64,000 bases of DNA from Lepidodermella squamata (Eukaryota > Animalia > Gastrotricha), in NCBI GenBank assembly GCA_047495785.1, contig JBLDXI010000013.1, positions 2,976,001 to 3,040,000 of the forward strand. Reading direction: 5' to 3'. Shown one piece after another: positions 1 through 13,500 of this stretch. A model generated the notes under the pieces. The model did not search any database. It was given only the letters and a program-made list of their open reading frames with translations, and was not told the origin of the DNA. Position numbers and translations under genes: made by a program. The stretch's first letter is position 1. Each line of letters starts with the position of its first letter.

Positions 1-449
1 TATACAACATCTGTGCCATAGGTAGTTGTGTATGATTTCAATTTCTCTCTGGAGTATGTAACAAAACAAAACAATAGTCAAATCGCAATTGTCTCTCCGC
101 CCAATAAACGCCGTTTGAAAAATTAATTGTCTGTGCTCCCACTCGTGCGCATTATATTATTATTCATCAACACTTTATGGGTGTGATCGTCCATTTTTTG
201 TGATCAGAGTTCGATTAAGGTGCGTGGGGCAAGGCGGCACATGTGGGACGAAAGCGAACTCCCACGCATCCTCTTGGACTATCAATTTTTTGTGTTGTAT
301 TTTTAGCCCTAATACTTATGGACGGACTGAAAAATAGTGAATTGTGGGTAAAAATCCACACGAGCGCTTGCGCAATCAAGGCGCGCGACTTTGCCAAAGG
401 AATCAATCAATGAAATATAGATTTTTCGATTTAAGCCATTGAATAAACG

Positions 450-1963
450 ATGCAGCTTTATCTTGTGTTGATTGCCCTTATTTCAGGAGCGTTTGCCGAG
501 AAAACACTCAAACAAGTTCGCCGTGAACTGCGAAAATTTAGCGAACTGCCTGAGGTTGGCCAAATTTATCGATTTCGAAGCGAACCTAACCAATGGGTGA
601 CAGTTGCGCCTCATTCACTGCAGAATCTCTTCCTGTCCAAGATTTTCCTAATTTTCCCCCACGAAGCCGGAAGCTTTGAGTCGATTGTTTGGAAAAACGT
701 CCTGGCAGTTGGTTTGAAGAAGGAGGTTCAATTTGCTGATGTTTTACTTCTTGATCGAGTTCCTCAAACTGGAAGCGCCGCTGTAGACTTGATTTACAAA
801 TCGCTCCCTACTCGAGTCCCTGGGAGCGCAATTCACTGCATTGGGGTTGGCTTCGGCACTCGACTCTGCGCTATTCTCGGCAAACTGTTGCTCGACGAAC
901 ATGGAGACGGTCTCGCTCGCATCACTGCCCTCGATCCAATGGGGAAAATGGAGGTGGAATTGGCAGGCAATGATGCGGATCTCAGAGCTCCTATCGACTT
1001 TGATCTAGTCGACGTCGCTGGTTTTGTCGATGCTTACCACACTTCGTTTTTAGGCACGAAAGACCTCGTAGGCGACGTCGATGTTTTCGTCAATTCAGCC
1101 ATCATTCAACCTGAATGCCTGCCCCTCAGCCTCGCGACTGAAATTATCAACGTTTGCCACGAAAGTCGCTTGAAATGCCCGCCGATGGACACGTTACACA
1201 GCTGCGCGTTTGGAAACAACTGCCCTAGGAGCCTGATTGATGAACTCGATGAAGCCGTCAGATCGGCCCCTAACTACGCTGCTCAGTATGATTCGCGCTA
1301 TTCGGAAGATATTTATCTGATGTTCCGGCCTTCGCAAGAGCGTGCGGCTCTGTTATTTGCATCCTCGCTGCAGCCTTACGTCAACTGCCCAGCTTGTAAA
1401 CCTAACCTCAACTACAAAATGTGCCCATGTGACGAAGCTACACTCCTAAGGGTAAGCTTATCACAACTAATAATAACCAAGTAGCTTCGCTCATTTTTCA
1501 GAAAATTTTGAAATTATTGAATCTATTTATTTTTAAGTGGGTATCGATTTTGTAGAGAATTGCGATTTTTGATTCCATGTAGGACGGACGCCGTTAATCC
1601 ATTAGCTCTAATCCAAAACAGTGTCTCTTAGCAGACCAAATTTTTTAGCTTGACAGAAACATCCTAATGCATCGTATTTTATCTTATATTTTCCTGATTT
1701 TTCTGACAAAAATCACGAAACCCGAAGAAACTTTTTTCCGCTAAAATCAAGCCTAAATCATTTCTAAGGCATTATTTTTGCTTCTTTTTTAGAATTACGA
1801 AGAATGTCCCAAGAAATGTGCCAAGCCAGAAAATTTCGGCATCAAGCTTCGTACTAATGCGACTGGAACCTTCCACGTCTCAACTTCCGGCTGGTGGCCC
1901 TACTTCGAATGCGTCACTGACGAAGACTTTGCAGTTCTCGACCCCAACGCCCGCCCAGTTTGA
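450..1963 (+). CDS. Secreted pancreatic-lipase-family protein, probably catalytically inactive (exons 450-1451, 1793-1963)
   Basis: Signal peptide plus lipase motifs IHCIGxxxG, RITALDP, AGFVDAYHT and GDVDVFVN..QPEC. A GT-AG intron at 1452-1792 restores the C-terminal G-F-x-T-x-PYF motif. The nucleophile elbow reads GVGFG. Confidence 0.8.
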
Positions 1964-2086
1964 AAGAGCGAAAAATCGCAAATTTCCGTTGGACTGAATC
2001 AGATTTATTTTTGCAGTAAATAATCACAACAAGATATTATTTAACCATTGAATAAAATCACATTTCATTGGCACAACTGAGAATTA

Positions 2087-5083
2087 TTAAGGCGGAGTTA
2101 TTTCATGTAAAACAGGTGCAAAATCTTGTTTCAGTTTGAGCAGTTGGTTGCAGATCATCTTGAAATTCACCGGAGGGCTGTTCGGTTTTTCGAGTCCAGT
2201 CACCACAAATCTAGCAATTTTCAACAGCAGTGACGCCAGTCGCATTTTCGCCCGACGCCGGTCAGAAATCACGCACTCCTCCGTATTACGTCGCTGGCGA
2301 ATGCGAAGCGCGTCCATTTTCTTGACATAGATTTTCGCTAGATCCAAAATCTCTCGAGGCATCATAGTCAATTCGAGGATTTGAATGCCGTAATGTTGGG
2401 TTTGAACTACCCCGGTTCGCAGGCGATGCGTCACCGTTAAACGGTCGTTACTTGAGTTGGACGTTGACGAGCCTGGGGAAGTTATCGTCGAGCCGCTGTT
2501 TGCCTTTTCTAGCTCGAAGCAACACGTCTCCACGTTGGGGTAGAGAGATGCCAACAAACTCAAATCCGTGAAATGCGTCGCGAAAAATGAGTAGGCATTC
2601 GTCATCAAAAGCTCCTCGCAAACAGCAAAACTGATGCCGAAACCTTCGTCGGGGCTAGTAGCTGAAAAAATCTCAAAATTATACACAAATAACTTAGTTT
2701 TTCCAGTCACAAACCTCTTCCGAATTCGTCGACAATGATCAGAGAATGTTTCGTGATATTCGCTAAAATGTAACTCATCTCGCGAACTTCAAGCATGAAA
2801 CTCGACATGTTCGTCTCGATATCGTCATTTGTGTCCAGCCTCGCGAATAACCGATCAGTTAGTCGCAATTTCGCAACATCAGCCGGAACGTAACACCCGA
2901 TTTGGGCCATGATTTGAATCAGCGCGATCATTCTCAAGTACGTAGTTTTTCCAGTCATGTTAGGCCCGGTTATTAGGACGAAATTCGACCCAGATTCGGC
3001 GATTACATCGTTCGCGACAACAGATTGAGGCGTGAAATGAGCGATCATGGGGTGTTTCGCCTTTTTCAGCAGCAAAACGTCCTCGAAGCGAGGCATCACG
3101 TAACCGCCAATTAACGAAGCATCGGCTAATGAAACAAGGAGATCGACGATTGAAACGCTCTCGGCTAATTTGTACAGGCACGAGACGTAAGGCCGAATTT
3201 TATCGGTCAAAATCAATAGAACACTGCGGAAAAAAATCAGTTAAATTTTGAAAAGAAATTGTTAATTAAAATTTACTTGTTTGCGAGTTGGACGATTTCA
3301 GCCTCGGCATTTTGGAGTCGATTATTAAGCGAAATCATGTAATTCGTGGTGAAACTGAGCACATTTTTCCATCTTGAAACTTTGATGAATTCAGGCGGTA
3401 AGCGTTGGTGATTCGACACGGACGAAGCCGAAAGGCGGCCATTACCCCGGGTTGAAGGAGTAGTCGTCACTTTTGAGTTCAAAAAATTAGCCGGTAATTG
3501 AATGTGATAGCCTCGAAGTGAGTTGTTACTCAATTTCAGCGGCAAACTGTATTTAGTCGCGAGTTGAGAAACACATTCCGTAACATCTTCAACAGTTTCG
3601 TTCCAAGCTTGACGGCAAACATCCAACATTTCATGAACGCCTTGTTTTACCAGGAAAGTTTTCTGGGCAGCCGAGCTTTTACGGTGAATAAAGTTATCCT
3701 CATTCAACACTTCGTCCAGGCAAGTTTTCAATTCAGAAAAACCGTCCATGTCCAGCAACGCTCGGCAGGCTACGAAAATTGGCGCTTGGCATCGAGTCAA
3801 AATGGCTTGAAGACCAGGAACTGATTCGACAATCTTCCTCAAAATTATAAATTGGTTCAGCCGGTACTCCATTGTTTTCAACGTTTCTTTATTCGGTTTG
3901 TGTACGAATAATGTAATAACTCGTTCAACATCAGGCCAATGCGAGAGGATTGACCGTAAATCATTCAATAACTGCTCATGTTCTGGCGCCACTAGCTCAG
4001 TAACAGCGTTCAAACGTTCAGTAACGGTGGCGTGATCAAATGGGGGTTGAAGAATATTGGCGCGCAGCAGACGACTTCCACCAAAAGTTTGCGTATGATT
4101 CAGAACACCGTACAATGTTCTGTTGCCTTCAGGATCGATCAAATTTTCGACAAGTTCCAAATATTTTGCAGCTCTCGAGTCGACAAACATTATTTGGTCA
4201 ATGCCCAAATATTCAAATTTCAGCGATGAAGGAGCAAAAATAACTTTTTGCGTGAATTCGGCGTACTTAATCAAAGCAGCAACGGCAGAAAAAGCGTAGT
4301 ACTTATTTTGAAGATGAAGTTGTATAGTAGCGAGTGAGTCGGGTAGAGCAAGTTGTTTGACAAATTGCATTCCGATGGAATTGCTGAAATAACGGCGCTG
4401 GACCAAATTTATCTCGCATCTCGTGCTTTCGGAAATTGTTTCAAACAATAACGAGGCTGTTCCGTCATTTCGGCAAGCTGTATGAGGTAGCACCAACTAA
4501 ACCATTTCAAAGCTCTGAATAGTTTCAAAATAATGCAGAAAAACATACGGTAGCAGGGGATTCGACGTCCAATTTGCTGAGAAGCTTCACGTAGCTTTGA
4601 GAATCTGAGAACTGGGACACCTTCAAAACTGGAAACGAATAATCCATGCTGGCAACTCCGATTTCGCCTTGCGCGAGGCCACGCCCTTCAACAATTGCTA
4701 TATAATAAGCAAAATGATTGTTGAAAAGCCATCTACCAAGGTCACATTACCCATAACAACGCTATTAGCTATAGAAGGCACGTATGATGATTTTGATCCT
4801 GGTGTTCGTAAGCTGTTAGGAGTCCGCATTGGCGTGGCATTTGCAGACCGCCCTCTTGACACAGATGATGTGGTTGAGGTAGGAGCTCGAGGAATTCGAG
4901 GTGGTAGTTCACGCCTCACCCCGCCAGGTATGCTGAGAAGCGCAAAACCATTATGACTGAATTGATATTTCAGGAATCAAACCTGATATCGCCTGATGTG
5001 CTTTCAAACAGACTCTCACCGCCAGCCTGTGACGAGAAGAAAGAGCGGCTTCCGACCGGGACAGACGCTGATGATGAGGCCAT
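2087..5083 (-). CDS. MSH4: MutS homolog 4 (meiotic MutS-gamma subunit), multi-exon
   Basis: Walker A GPNMTGKTTYL, IIVDEFGR, FATHF and SSFMLE motifs; no mismatch-binding domain I; Ser/Thr-rich N-terminus. ORFs 3273-4496, 2707-3216 and 2087-2710 are joined by ~45-50 bp GT-AG introns. Confidence 0.9.
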
Positions 5084-5234
5084 GTAATCACATAAGTTAC
5101 CCCTTTGAAAAATATTACGTAATAACTTCAACATGGTTCTTCGTTCTTGTAATAAAATGATCAATAAACCGGTAAATTCAGAATTCCACAAAGTTAAAGC
5201 GGTCAATGAGTTGATTTGGCTAGTTCTATCTGTG

Positions 5235-5708
5235 CTAAAAAGCAGGTCCGCCATTTTCGTAGTTCCCAGTGATGGTTGCATTGGAAAAATCAAAGCCGGG
5301 AGTTTCAGATTGGAATCGCTGAAGAGTAAGCTTCTTCTTCATTTCTTCCAGAGTCCAGACGTCAGGAGCACACTGACCATCTTTCAGCAAAGCAGACCAG
5401 CAATTATCAGCTGTGCGACGCGTTTTAGTCAGAACAATTTTCAGCAGGCGCCCATCGTCTTCAATCGTCCAAATCGCATCCGCACTTACAATTGAGCCAA
5501 ACAAATCACCTTGCAAGATAGTAGAGCCAAAAAGCTTGAGATCGATGTATTGAGTTTTAATCAGGCAGCCCACATCACGACGGGTGATTTTTTGGCCACC
5601 ATTTTTAAGACTATTGACCTCGATTGTTACATCGTTCATGGTTTGCCACCAACGACCCCATTCAGTTTTACACGGCACGACGCCGGAGGTTTCATCAAAA
5701 TTAGCCAT
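5235..5708 (-). CDS. NUDCD2: NudC domain-containing protein 2 (CS/p23 domain co-chaperone)
   Basis: MANFDETSGVVPCKTEWGRWWQT N-terminus and LTLQRFQSETPGFDFSNATITGNYENGGP C-terminus are NUDCD2 signatures. Confidence 0.93.
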   Translation of the reverse strand: MANFDETSGVVPCKTEWGRWWQTMNDVTIEVNSLKNGGQKITRRDVGCLIKTQYIDLKLFGSTILQGDLFGSIVSADAIWTIEDDGRLLKIVLTKTRRTADNCWSALLKDGQCAPDVWTLEEMKKKLTLQRFQSETPGFDFSNATITGNYENGGPAF

Positions 5709-6450
5709 TCCCAATAATAGCAATCGAGCCTGAAGAAATAGAAAATGAGCTGAAACACGGTGTCATGGTGGTGGTAAATCAGAAGCGAGAGGCCGGGCAC
5801 CAAATGATTTCAGGCAACATTAAGCAAAGAGTGAGACTTCATTATTCCATAGAACTACAAATTACAGACCGGAGCTCAGAGATCCCAAAAGAACTGCGCT
5901 AAATATGGCTAGAAACTACAAACAAGTTGAGCAGAGCGTTGTATTTGCAAAAACCACCAGAACTTGGCTCTGCTTACAGCTCAGGGCGACCTATTATTCG
6001 CCGTCAACATCAATCAAAACTCTAGGAGACAGTAGATGGGCTTTAAACTTGGGTCTTCAGACTCGGGCGGAGCCAAGGCTTTCCAGAACACGGTGCGCGC
6101 CAAAAAATCAAATTTGCCTCTCAGTAAAATGCATTGTACAAAAATAAATTTTTACTATTTAGATAATTGTTTTCCATTTTTTGTAATTTGAGGTGTAGAT
6201 GGTCACTGAGAAATATTTTTGCGATCAATCTCACTCGGCGTCTCTTTTCGTCAGCTTTCAGCAAGCATGAGTGGCCTGGAGATGCTTTCTTGGTTCGAAG
6301 ATAGCTCACGGTTGCTCTTTTGGTGAATTTTTTGTTCATTGTGCTTATGTGAGAATAATCTATGGGTTTCTTTCTACGTTTTTCTTGATCAGCACTTTTT
6401 TAAATCATTTTCTATACATTTTTCTAGATGACAGACTGACCATTATTGTC

Positions 6451-7086
6451 ATGATTTTTATCCTCGGATTTCACTTGTTGATTCTTTTCAGTGGAATATT
6501 GGCATGGTAAGCATCTCCGATTTATCGATGACTCGGGATATTTTATTATGCATTTTTAGGGATTGCCGCGTGTATACACCGAATGATCGTAGATATTATT
6601 CGAACTTGGGATGCAAGGTGCAATGCTCGTTCATAAAAACAGACGATCAAGAGTGTTGCGTTATCACAAAGTGTCCACAAAGTGAGTGCTTTACCTATTA
6701 GTTATGCTCTTCAAGTGATGTGTTACGCTACTTCTTTAGCATGTGTCGATAATCACAGCCATGCCCGCAAAAAAGGCGAAGAGTGGGTCGAACCTGTTGC
6801 TGAAGACGAGCGTTTTAAAAAGCTCTGCTCCTGCCTACCTTTTACATCAATTGTGCCATTTGGCCCAGACGAAAAGACGTCTGATGGTTCTTATCCGTAC
6901 ACCAAGAATTGTCTGCTTGCTGCTTGTGAGATGCGTAAGACTGTCGAGGGAGTCGAAACACGCGTATTTGTTAAACCTGGAGAAGCTATTCTTGACAGCA
7001 ACGGAAAGAAATGTCGCTGTGTAAATGGAACTGATCCATTCTTGATGGATGCCAATACACTCTATCACTTTTCTTGCGCGTCGTAG
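6451..7086 (+). CDS. Small secreted Cys-rich protein with vWC/SVWC-like modules (exons 6451-6506, 6560-6681, 6740-7086)
   Basis: Hydrophobic signal peptide and two in-frame GT-AG introns; C..G(E)xW..CxC patterns (CVDNHSHARKKGEEW..LCSC, KPGE..KCRC). Confidence 0.65.
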
Positions 7087-7504
7087 CATTGGGCGGCGCT
7101 GCTGTTCAACGCTTGCCTAATGCTTGGAAAGCTGCTTTCATTTTCTATATTGCTGAACTCTTGGTCCTTGTGTAATGGTAATAACTGTTCGTCTCATCTT
7201 CCGAAGGAAGCATGCTCTGCTCAATTCAGCATGCATCTGGCAGCTGGTTTAATACCAAAAGCTAGCCCCTAATTGTTGCAATGAATCTTCTCTTCTACTT
7301 GTGCTTATCCTCTGCCTCAGTTCATCGTTGTTTTGTTTTACTAAATTATCCGTTTTATATAAAGAGAACGATGCACCCTATTTAGTTACGAGACTTGGGT
7401 GGAAGATATAAACGTTCTTTCCCGTTTTTATTAGAATTTTTTATCAAACATGAGTTAGCTGATTACCTTCGGATTCAGCTACCGCGTTCTGTTTAGTAAC
7501 GAGA

Positions 7505-10500
7505 ATGGCGGCAACTTCGTCTTCCAACACCGCCGAGGACGACTTGTCAAAGTCCTCGCGCTCGTTACGGAAGCGAACAAACACCGTTAAGAAGTTGTGC
7601 GCATTTTGCGGACTCGGAGAGGACAGCCAACTAGGACAGGGTGACCTTAAAGAATATTCACCTACTCCAGGCTCGACTGTAATGAAAAACTTCATGAAAC
7701 GCCGGCTTCGAGATATGGGAGGCGAACGATTACCTATCAGGCGGTGTGGGTATGTGATTGTGGAGCTCAACGTTAACATCATAATGTTTATTGTGTAATT
7801 TAGAACTCAAGAAAACGCAAATGGAGTGCTGCATGATCGTTTCGGAAATGAAATTTCGGTTGTTCCTGAGATCGAGCGAGTTGGATTTGAATCGGATGAA
7901 GCTGCACTTCAGTTGGTTATCGATCCAGCGGGAAAATTCTGGGCACACCACTGTTGTGCTGCCTGGTCTGAGGACGTCGTGTCATCGAACGACGATCCCA
8001 GCCAGTTGCTTTACGTCGACAAAGCCGTGGTGGGTGCTCTATCCCAGGCGTGTGCCTATTGCAACCGAATGGGCGCGTCTGTTAGGTGCAAATTTAGCAA
8101 ATGCCACCAATTTTACCATTACCCCTGCGCCATGGCAGCGGGTTGTTTTCAAGACTGCAGCTCTTTATCAATGTGGTGCCTCGATCATTTGGATAAGTTG
8201 ACCGAAAGTCACGGCGGCACTTGTGATCAGTGCATGAAGTACGGCGATTTTTCACGCCTGTTGCTTTGCACGGTTTGCGGTCTTCATTACCACGCTGATT
8301 GTTTAGACCCGCCTCTTAACTTGCCCGAACCTAGCGGGTCGGACCAACAAGCTCCTGTTATTGCTCATCTCCGCGCCGGCTGGCAGTGTCCAGAGTGCAA
8401 AACATGCCAAGTGTGCCAAAAACCCAGTGACGATGCCGGCATGTTGTGTTGTGACTCTTGCGACTCTGGTTTCCATATCTACTGCTTACGGCCGGCTATG
8501 CCTGTCGTCCCTCGCGCGCCTTGGAAGTGCTTAAATTGCCGAAAATGCACAGAATGCGGCGGCAGGTTACAAGGTAACCGGCCAGACGCGAAGTGGCGGC
8601 AACACTACACCCTCTGCGACGACTGTTTTCGTCGAGGATCCGCGACCCAGAAAGGCGCTGATTCGCTGCCGTGTTCGGTTTGCCAACAGCCAGGAAAATC
8701 TAAGCCCCTCCATCACTGCGCGCATTGTCAAAAAATTGTTCACGTCGACTGTGACCCGATATCTGACGCCACGAGTGAAACGGGGCAGAGTGGCGAGTAT
8801 CTCGGGGACGCCGATGGCGACTACGCCTGTCCAACTTGCCGGCCTATGATTGCCGAGTCGAGCGCATTCCAAGACCAAACTCAGTCAGATGAGCGGAGTA
8901 ATAACGACAGGTTGAGGCCACCATCAGCCGCGTCAGTCTCCTCTACCGTCCCCACCCCGACCCCGCCCATTCTACCCAGCCAACCCCAGGCCGGGCAGAA
9001 AAAGCTACCCGCAGCGAAAAAACCGGCTGCGAAAAAAGTTCCGCCCAGCTCAACTTCCCAGCGGAAAAACAGTGCTACTAACGCAAGCTCTTCGAAAATG
9101 AGGACGAAGACGAGTAATAACCAAAACCAGTCGAAAGATGGTGCGAGGCAACGTCAACAACAAGCGTTGCGGCGGAGGAGGCAGTGTCGAGGTGAAAACA
9201 CTCAACCAGGCGGAGGGCGGTTCTCTGAAACCGTCACGTCTGGTCCCCAGGAGGACAAGGACGAACGGGCCTGCACAACGGTGATAGTCAAACGAGATAG
9301 CCGTTATGTGCTCGAGCAGGATATCTGTGCTTCGTGTGGTTCGCTTGGAAGTGGCGATGTGGATGCGTTGATAGCATGTGCCCAGTGCGGTCAGGCTTAT
9401 CACATTAACTGTGCCGGAGTTCGACCTAACAAGGTAAACTTAACTCAACGGGAAGGTATCACTTGGGAAAATGGAATGAATGTTTACAATTTTTTCGAAG
9501 AAATTGACATAATTTTTAGATCTAAATTGGGTGGCAGATAGCAAATGACTTGGTAATGCCAACTATTTGTTTAATTTCTACAATTTTGTGGGGAAATGAT
9601 CAATTTTCCAAAATTAAAGGTGCTAAAAGCATTTCCCATATTGGCGATATCACTGAAGAAAATAAAATTCCACCGAAGAAAATTTGGAAAAACCTGATTT
9701 TAAATATTCGATATTTTACCTGGTTAGCCGGAATTCCGCCGGATTTTTTCGTTTTCGTTTATAAGTTTCAATTTCTATGTCATTTGGAGTCCCCCAGGCC
9801 ATTATTCGAAAATTTCAGGCTTTAGGTCCCTCTCATAGGGTTTACCCCACCTTTTTTCTCATAGTTCACGTTATTCGATATTTCACTGGTTTGAGTGAAT
9901 TGTAATAGTTTTCGATCGGCTTAATTCCCAAATTTGGACGTTATAAAGTATTGAAACTAATTTTTGACGATATTAAGCGCAATTATTTTCTTCCAACTTT
10001 TCGTTTACTGACCGTAAACATATTCAGGAGCAGAGGGTGAATTTTCGCATGAAGTTGAAAATATAAAATTAAGGCGGATTTTTTAAACTAATGATAGTGA
10101 GGATTATAATCTTAATCTGATCCAGTAAATTCGGTTTTTCTAACTAAATTCCTCGGCTTGGATCGCTTGCTGGTAATCGAAACTAATTTTTTGAATTTTA
10201 TCAGGTGATGCTATCGAAAGGTTGGCGCTGCATCGAATGCACGGTGTGCGAAGGCTGCGGCCAGACTGCGGACGAGTCGCGGTTGTTGCTGTGCGACGAC
10301 TGTGACGTGTCCTACCACATCTACTGCCTCGACCCACCACTGAAAGACGTACCCCGCGGAACTTGGAAGTGCTCGTGGTGCGTTTCGTGCCACGCCTGCG
10401 GTGCCACGTCACCCGGCACCAACGCCCAGTGGCAGGCTGACTGGACCCGGTGCGCACCGTGCCACTCGCAGCTGGTCTGCCCGGCCTGCGACCGGTCCTA

Positions 10501-13500
10501 CGTCAGCGACGACCTTGTCCTGCAGTGCCAGACCTGCGATCGCTGGCTGCACGCCGCGTGCGACGGCATGCGGACGGAGGAAGAGGCCGAACTCGCGTGT
10601 TCCCTCGACTACACTTGCCTGATTTGCCGGAATCAAAACTCGTCGAGCTATTCGAGCCAGGTCGTGCCGTCGTCGGACAAGCGTAGCTCGCCCGGATTTC
10701 TTGCCCAAATGTTCCGAGCGCCTGACATTGTCATGGACGGCGTTTGTCTTTCAGAAACAGGCCTAGCTCAAATGCGCAAAATTCAGGCCCGTCTAGGCGG
10801 GGCGACCTCGGGTAACAGCCTAGCTCCCGTTAAACGGAAAGCGGGCCGTATGTCTAATAGTCAGAAGGAGCAGATGAAAGATCAGGAAAACTCGAACCCA
10901 CCGTCAGTCGCGCCACCTACCCCGGCTCCGGATGCGGAAAATACTAATGTCAATCAACCACCAATTGCTAGCGGCGAGGCCGGTCGAGGCCGGGCCGCGC
11001 GGAGAAGAGCGGCTTTCCGGGTCGGAATCGGCGGTTTCGGGGTGAGAAGCCGGCCGCCGCGTCGAACCCGGCTACCTGGTCGCAACTGCCCGGATAACGT
11101 GCCGAACAACGGGCTAGACCCTAGTCAAACCGGCGACCACCAGCCGCCTCAAGATGGCGGAGACGGGAGTAATAAAGACCTATTACCACCCCCTCCCGCC
11201 CCGAAACATCGTTACATTCCACCGAGTCGTCGACACGCTGCTGCTAGTTACCTGTTGACGACCTATCCAACTTACCTACAGGAAGCGTTTTTTGGCGCCG
11301 AACAACTTGCCTCGACGAGTCAGCCTGTTGCTGAAGACGAGACTGGTCTAGCGTCCGGGGCGTATGGCGGTAGTTCGCTGGTCGATAACAGTGATCAGTA
11401 CGAAATCGATTACCGGCCTCCCGAACTGCCGAAAAGCCCGAGGCCTGATTCGAAAAATCAGTCGAATCAAAGGAGCGGTAGCAGCCAGGCTGTCGTGCCG
11501 GCCCATGATCTGACCGACCAACCTCTCAGCCCTACTAAGCACGGCCCGTTGCTATCCGGGCTCGACCCTGGCCTGCCCGATTCGGAATTACTCCTCTTCC
11601 CGCCGGATCTGTTCCCGGACGATAGGACGCATAAAGATTTCAAAATGTTGATTGGTGATATCAGTCGAGGGTCGGTGGTAGGGGGTGGGGTGAGTGGCCC
11701 GTCTCACCACACGGGGCCGACTAATACGCATGACGACGCGATAACCGATTTGCTGCCTATCGACCCGAACGATATGCATATGTACCTCGAGGAGAGTGTT
11801 GTCACAGAAAATCACGTGACTACCTCCCACACCACCTTAACAACAACAACCACTGCTACGACGGCGGTTTCGGTCGATCACGGCCAGGTCGCGACATTCC
11901 AGTCGTTTCAAATGGATACTCAGCAGCAACAGCAGTCAGGTAGTCAGCACGACCAAAGTGCGGAAATGAGTGCGAATTGGGCGTCGGAGATGAGTGACGC
12001 CGAGCTGGCTGGTGGCGATGGAGCGGGCCAGTCGCAGCGGACGAAGCAGTGGTCGTTGCGGTGGGAGCAGGACGAACATCTCGGCGAGATGGCGACAATA
12101 TCCCCGGTGCTTTACGCCAATCTCTGCCACCCTGAGCTCAAACAGCAACACCCGTTGTGGGTCAACCGCCTGCGGTCGATTGTTCGGCTGTGGCGGGCGT
12201 TGAAGGTCGAGGATCGCCAGCCGTACATCCAGCGGGCGAGTGAGAATCGATCGGCGAAGAAGAAAACACAGCCGGCGACGTTTCAACACAAGTTGGAACC
12301 GCAACAGCCGCCGATGCAACAAGTGCAGCCTCAACAACTCGCGCCCCCGCAACTCCCTCCGCCGCCTCAGCAACCGCCGCCTCCTCATGGCATGCATGTA
12401 AGTGTTTCTGTCTCAGATTTATATTGTATTTTAACCTGGGCCGCCTAAAACTGCTAACATGCAAACCTAAGTTGAGGTGATATTGAGTGAAAATGAGAGT
12501 TCGAAAAAATTTGAGACACAATGGCCTTTTTATAAAATGATGAAGATTCTAGATCCAAGTACCGAGCTATTCCAAAATTGGGTAAGAAGCTGAACCCGAA
12601 GTTGGCATAAAGTTCTCTTCATAGAAAAGCGCTTGAAAGCAAAGCATTTGATTTGATGAAGGCTGTGCTTAATTCTCGAATCATAATTATTGATGAGGCT
12701 TCGGTGAAACCGGCATCGCTTGAACTTGATCTTCGAGTTTACTATAAAGACGTAAAAATTGCAGCAAGAAATTATTGAAATACAGCGTTCATGCATGTTG
12801 AAAAAATGAATAAACGCAAACCTGACACTCCTGCTAGGTAAATCGCGACCTATTCTTTAGTAAAGTGCTTCGTAGCTTTGTAAAACTTCTCCGAAAAACA
12901 GAGAAAAAAGAGAAGCAGAGATTTCTTCCATTGTTGGAGATTAGCCTCGCTGATATGCATCAGTGTCGCTTTTCTTCTTTTCAACTCGCTCTTTCACGAG
13001 ACCTGTCTGAGTGGCTTATTTATTTATTATTTATTTATTGAGCATAATCCCATAGTTGAGAGGTCGACGTGGAAAAGGTGCATTTCTAAAATGTTCCGTG
13101 CAGAGAATCGAAGTCAGTTCAGGCCAGGTCATCAGTCAAAACAAAGTAGGACATTAAATCAACAAATAGACAAAATAATCAACAATTTAAAAGATGTTTA
13201 TATACAAGTTGACGGCAATCGTTGGCGGTTGAGCAGGCTTTCATGCCGCATTTACAATCAGGCAAATTGCCGTCGTATTCGAGAATGCCAATAGGTTTGT
13301 GCTGAGTCTGGCTTGTCTGGCTTTGTGCCATCGATTCATAGCCTAATCCAGATAGATATTTTCATCAGGCCGGGCCTCTTCATTTCGATAGTATTGAAGA
13401 AAAGCTGTTATAGCCGTCACACAGTTGTACCTGGTGCCTTCCTTCACCCCGAACTTGTCGATTATTCTCATCACTTTACCCATTTCGCCTTTGAGATGGA

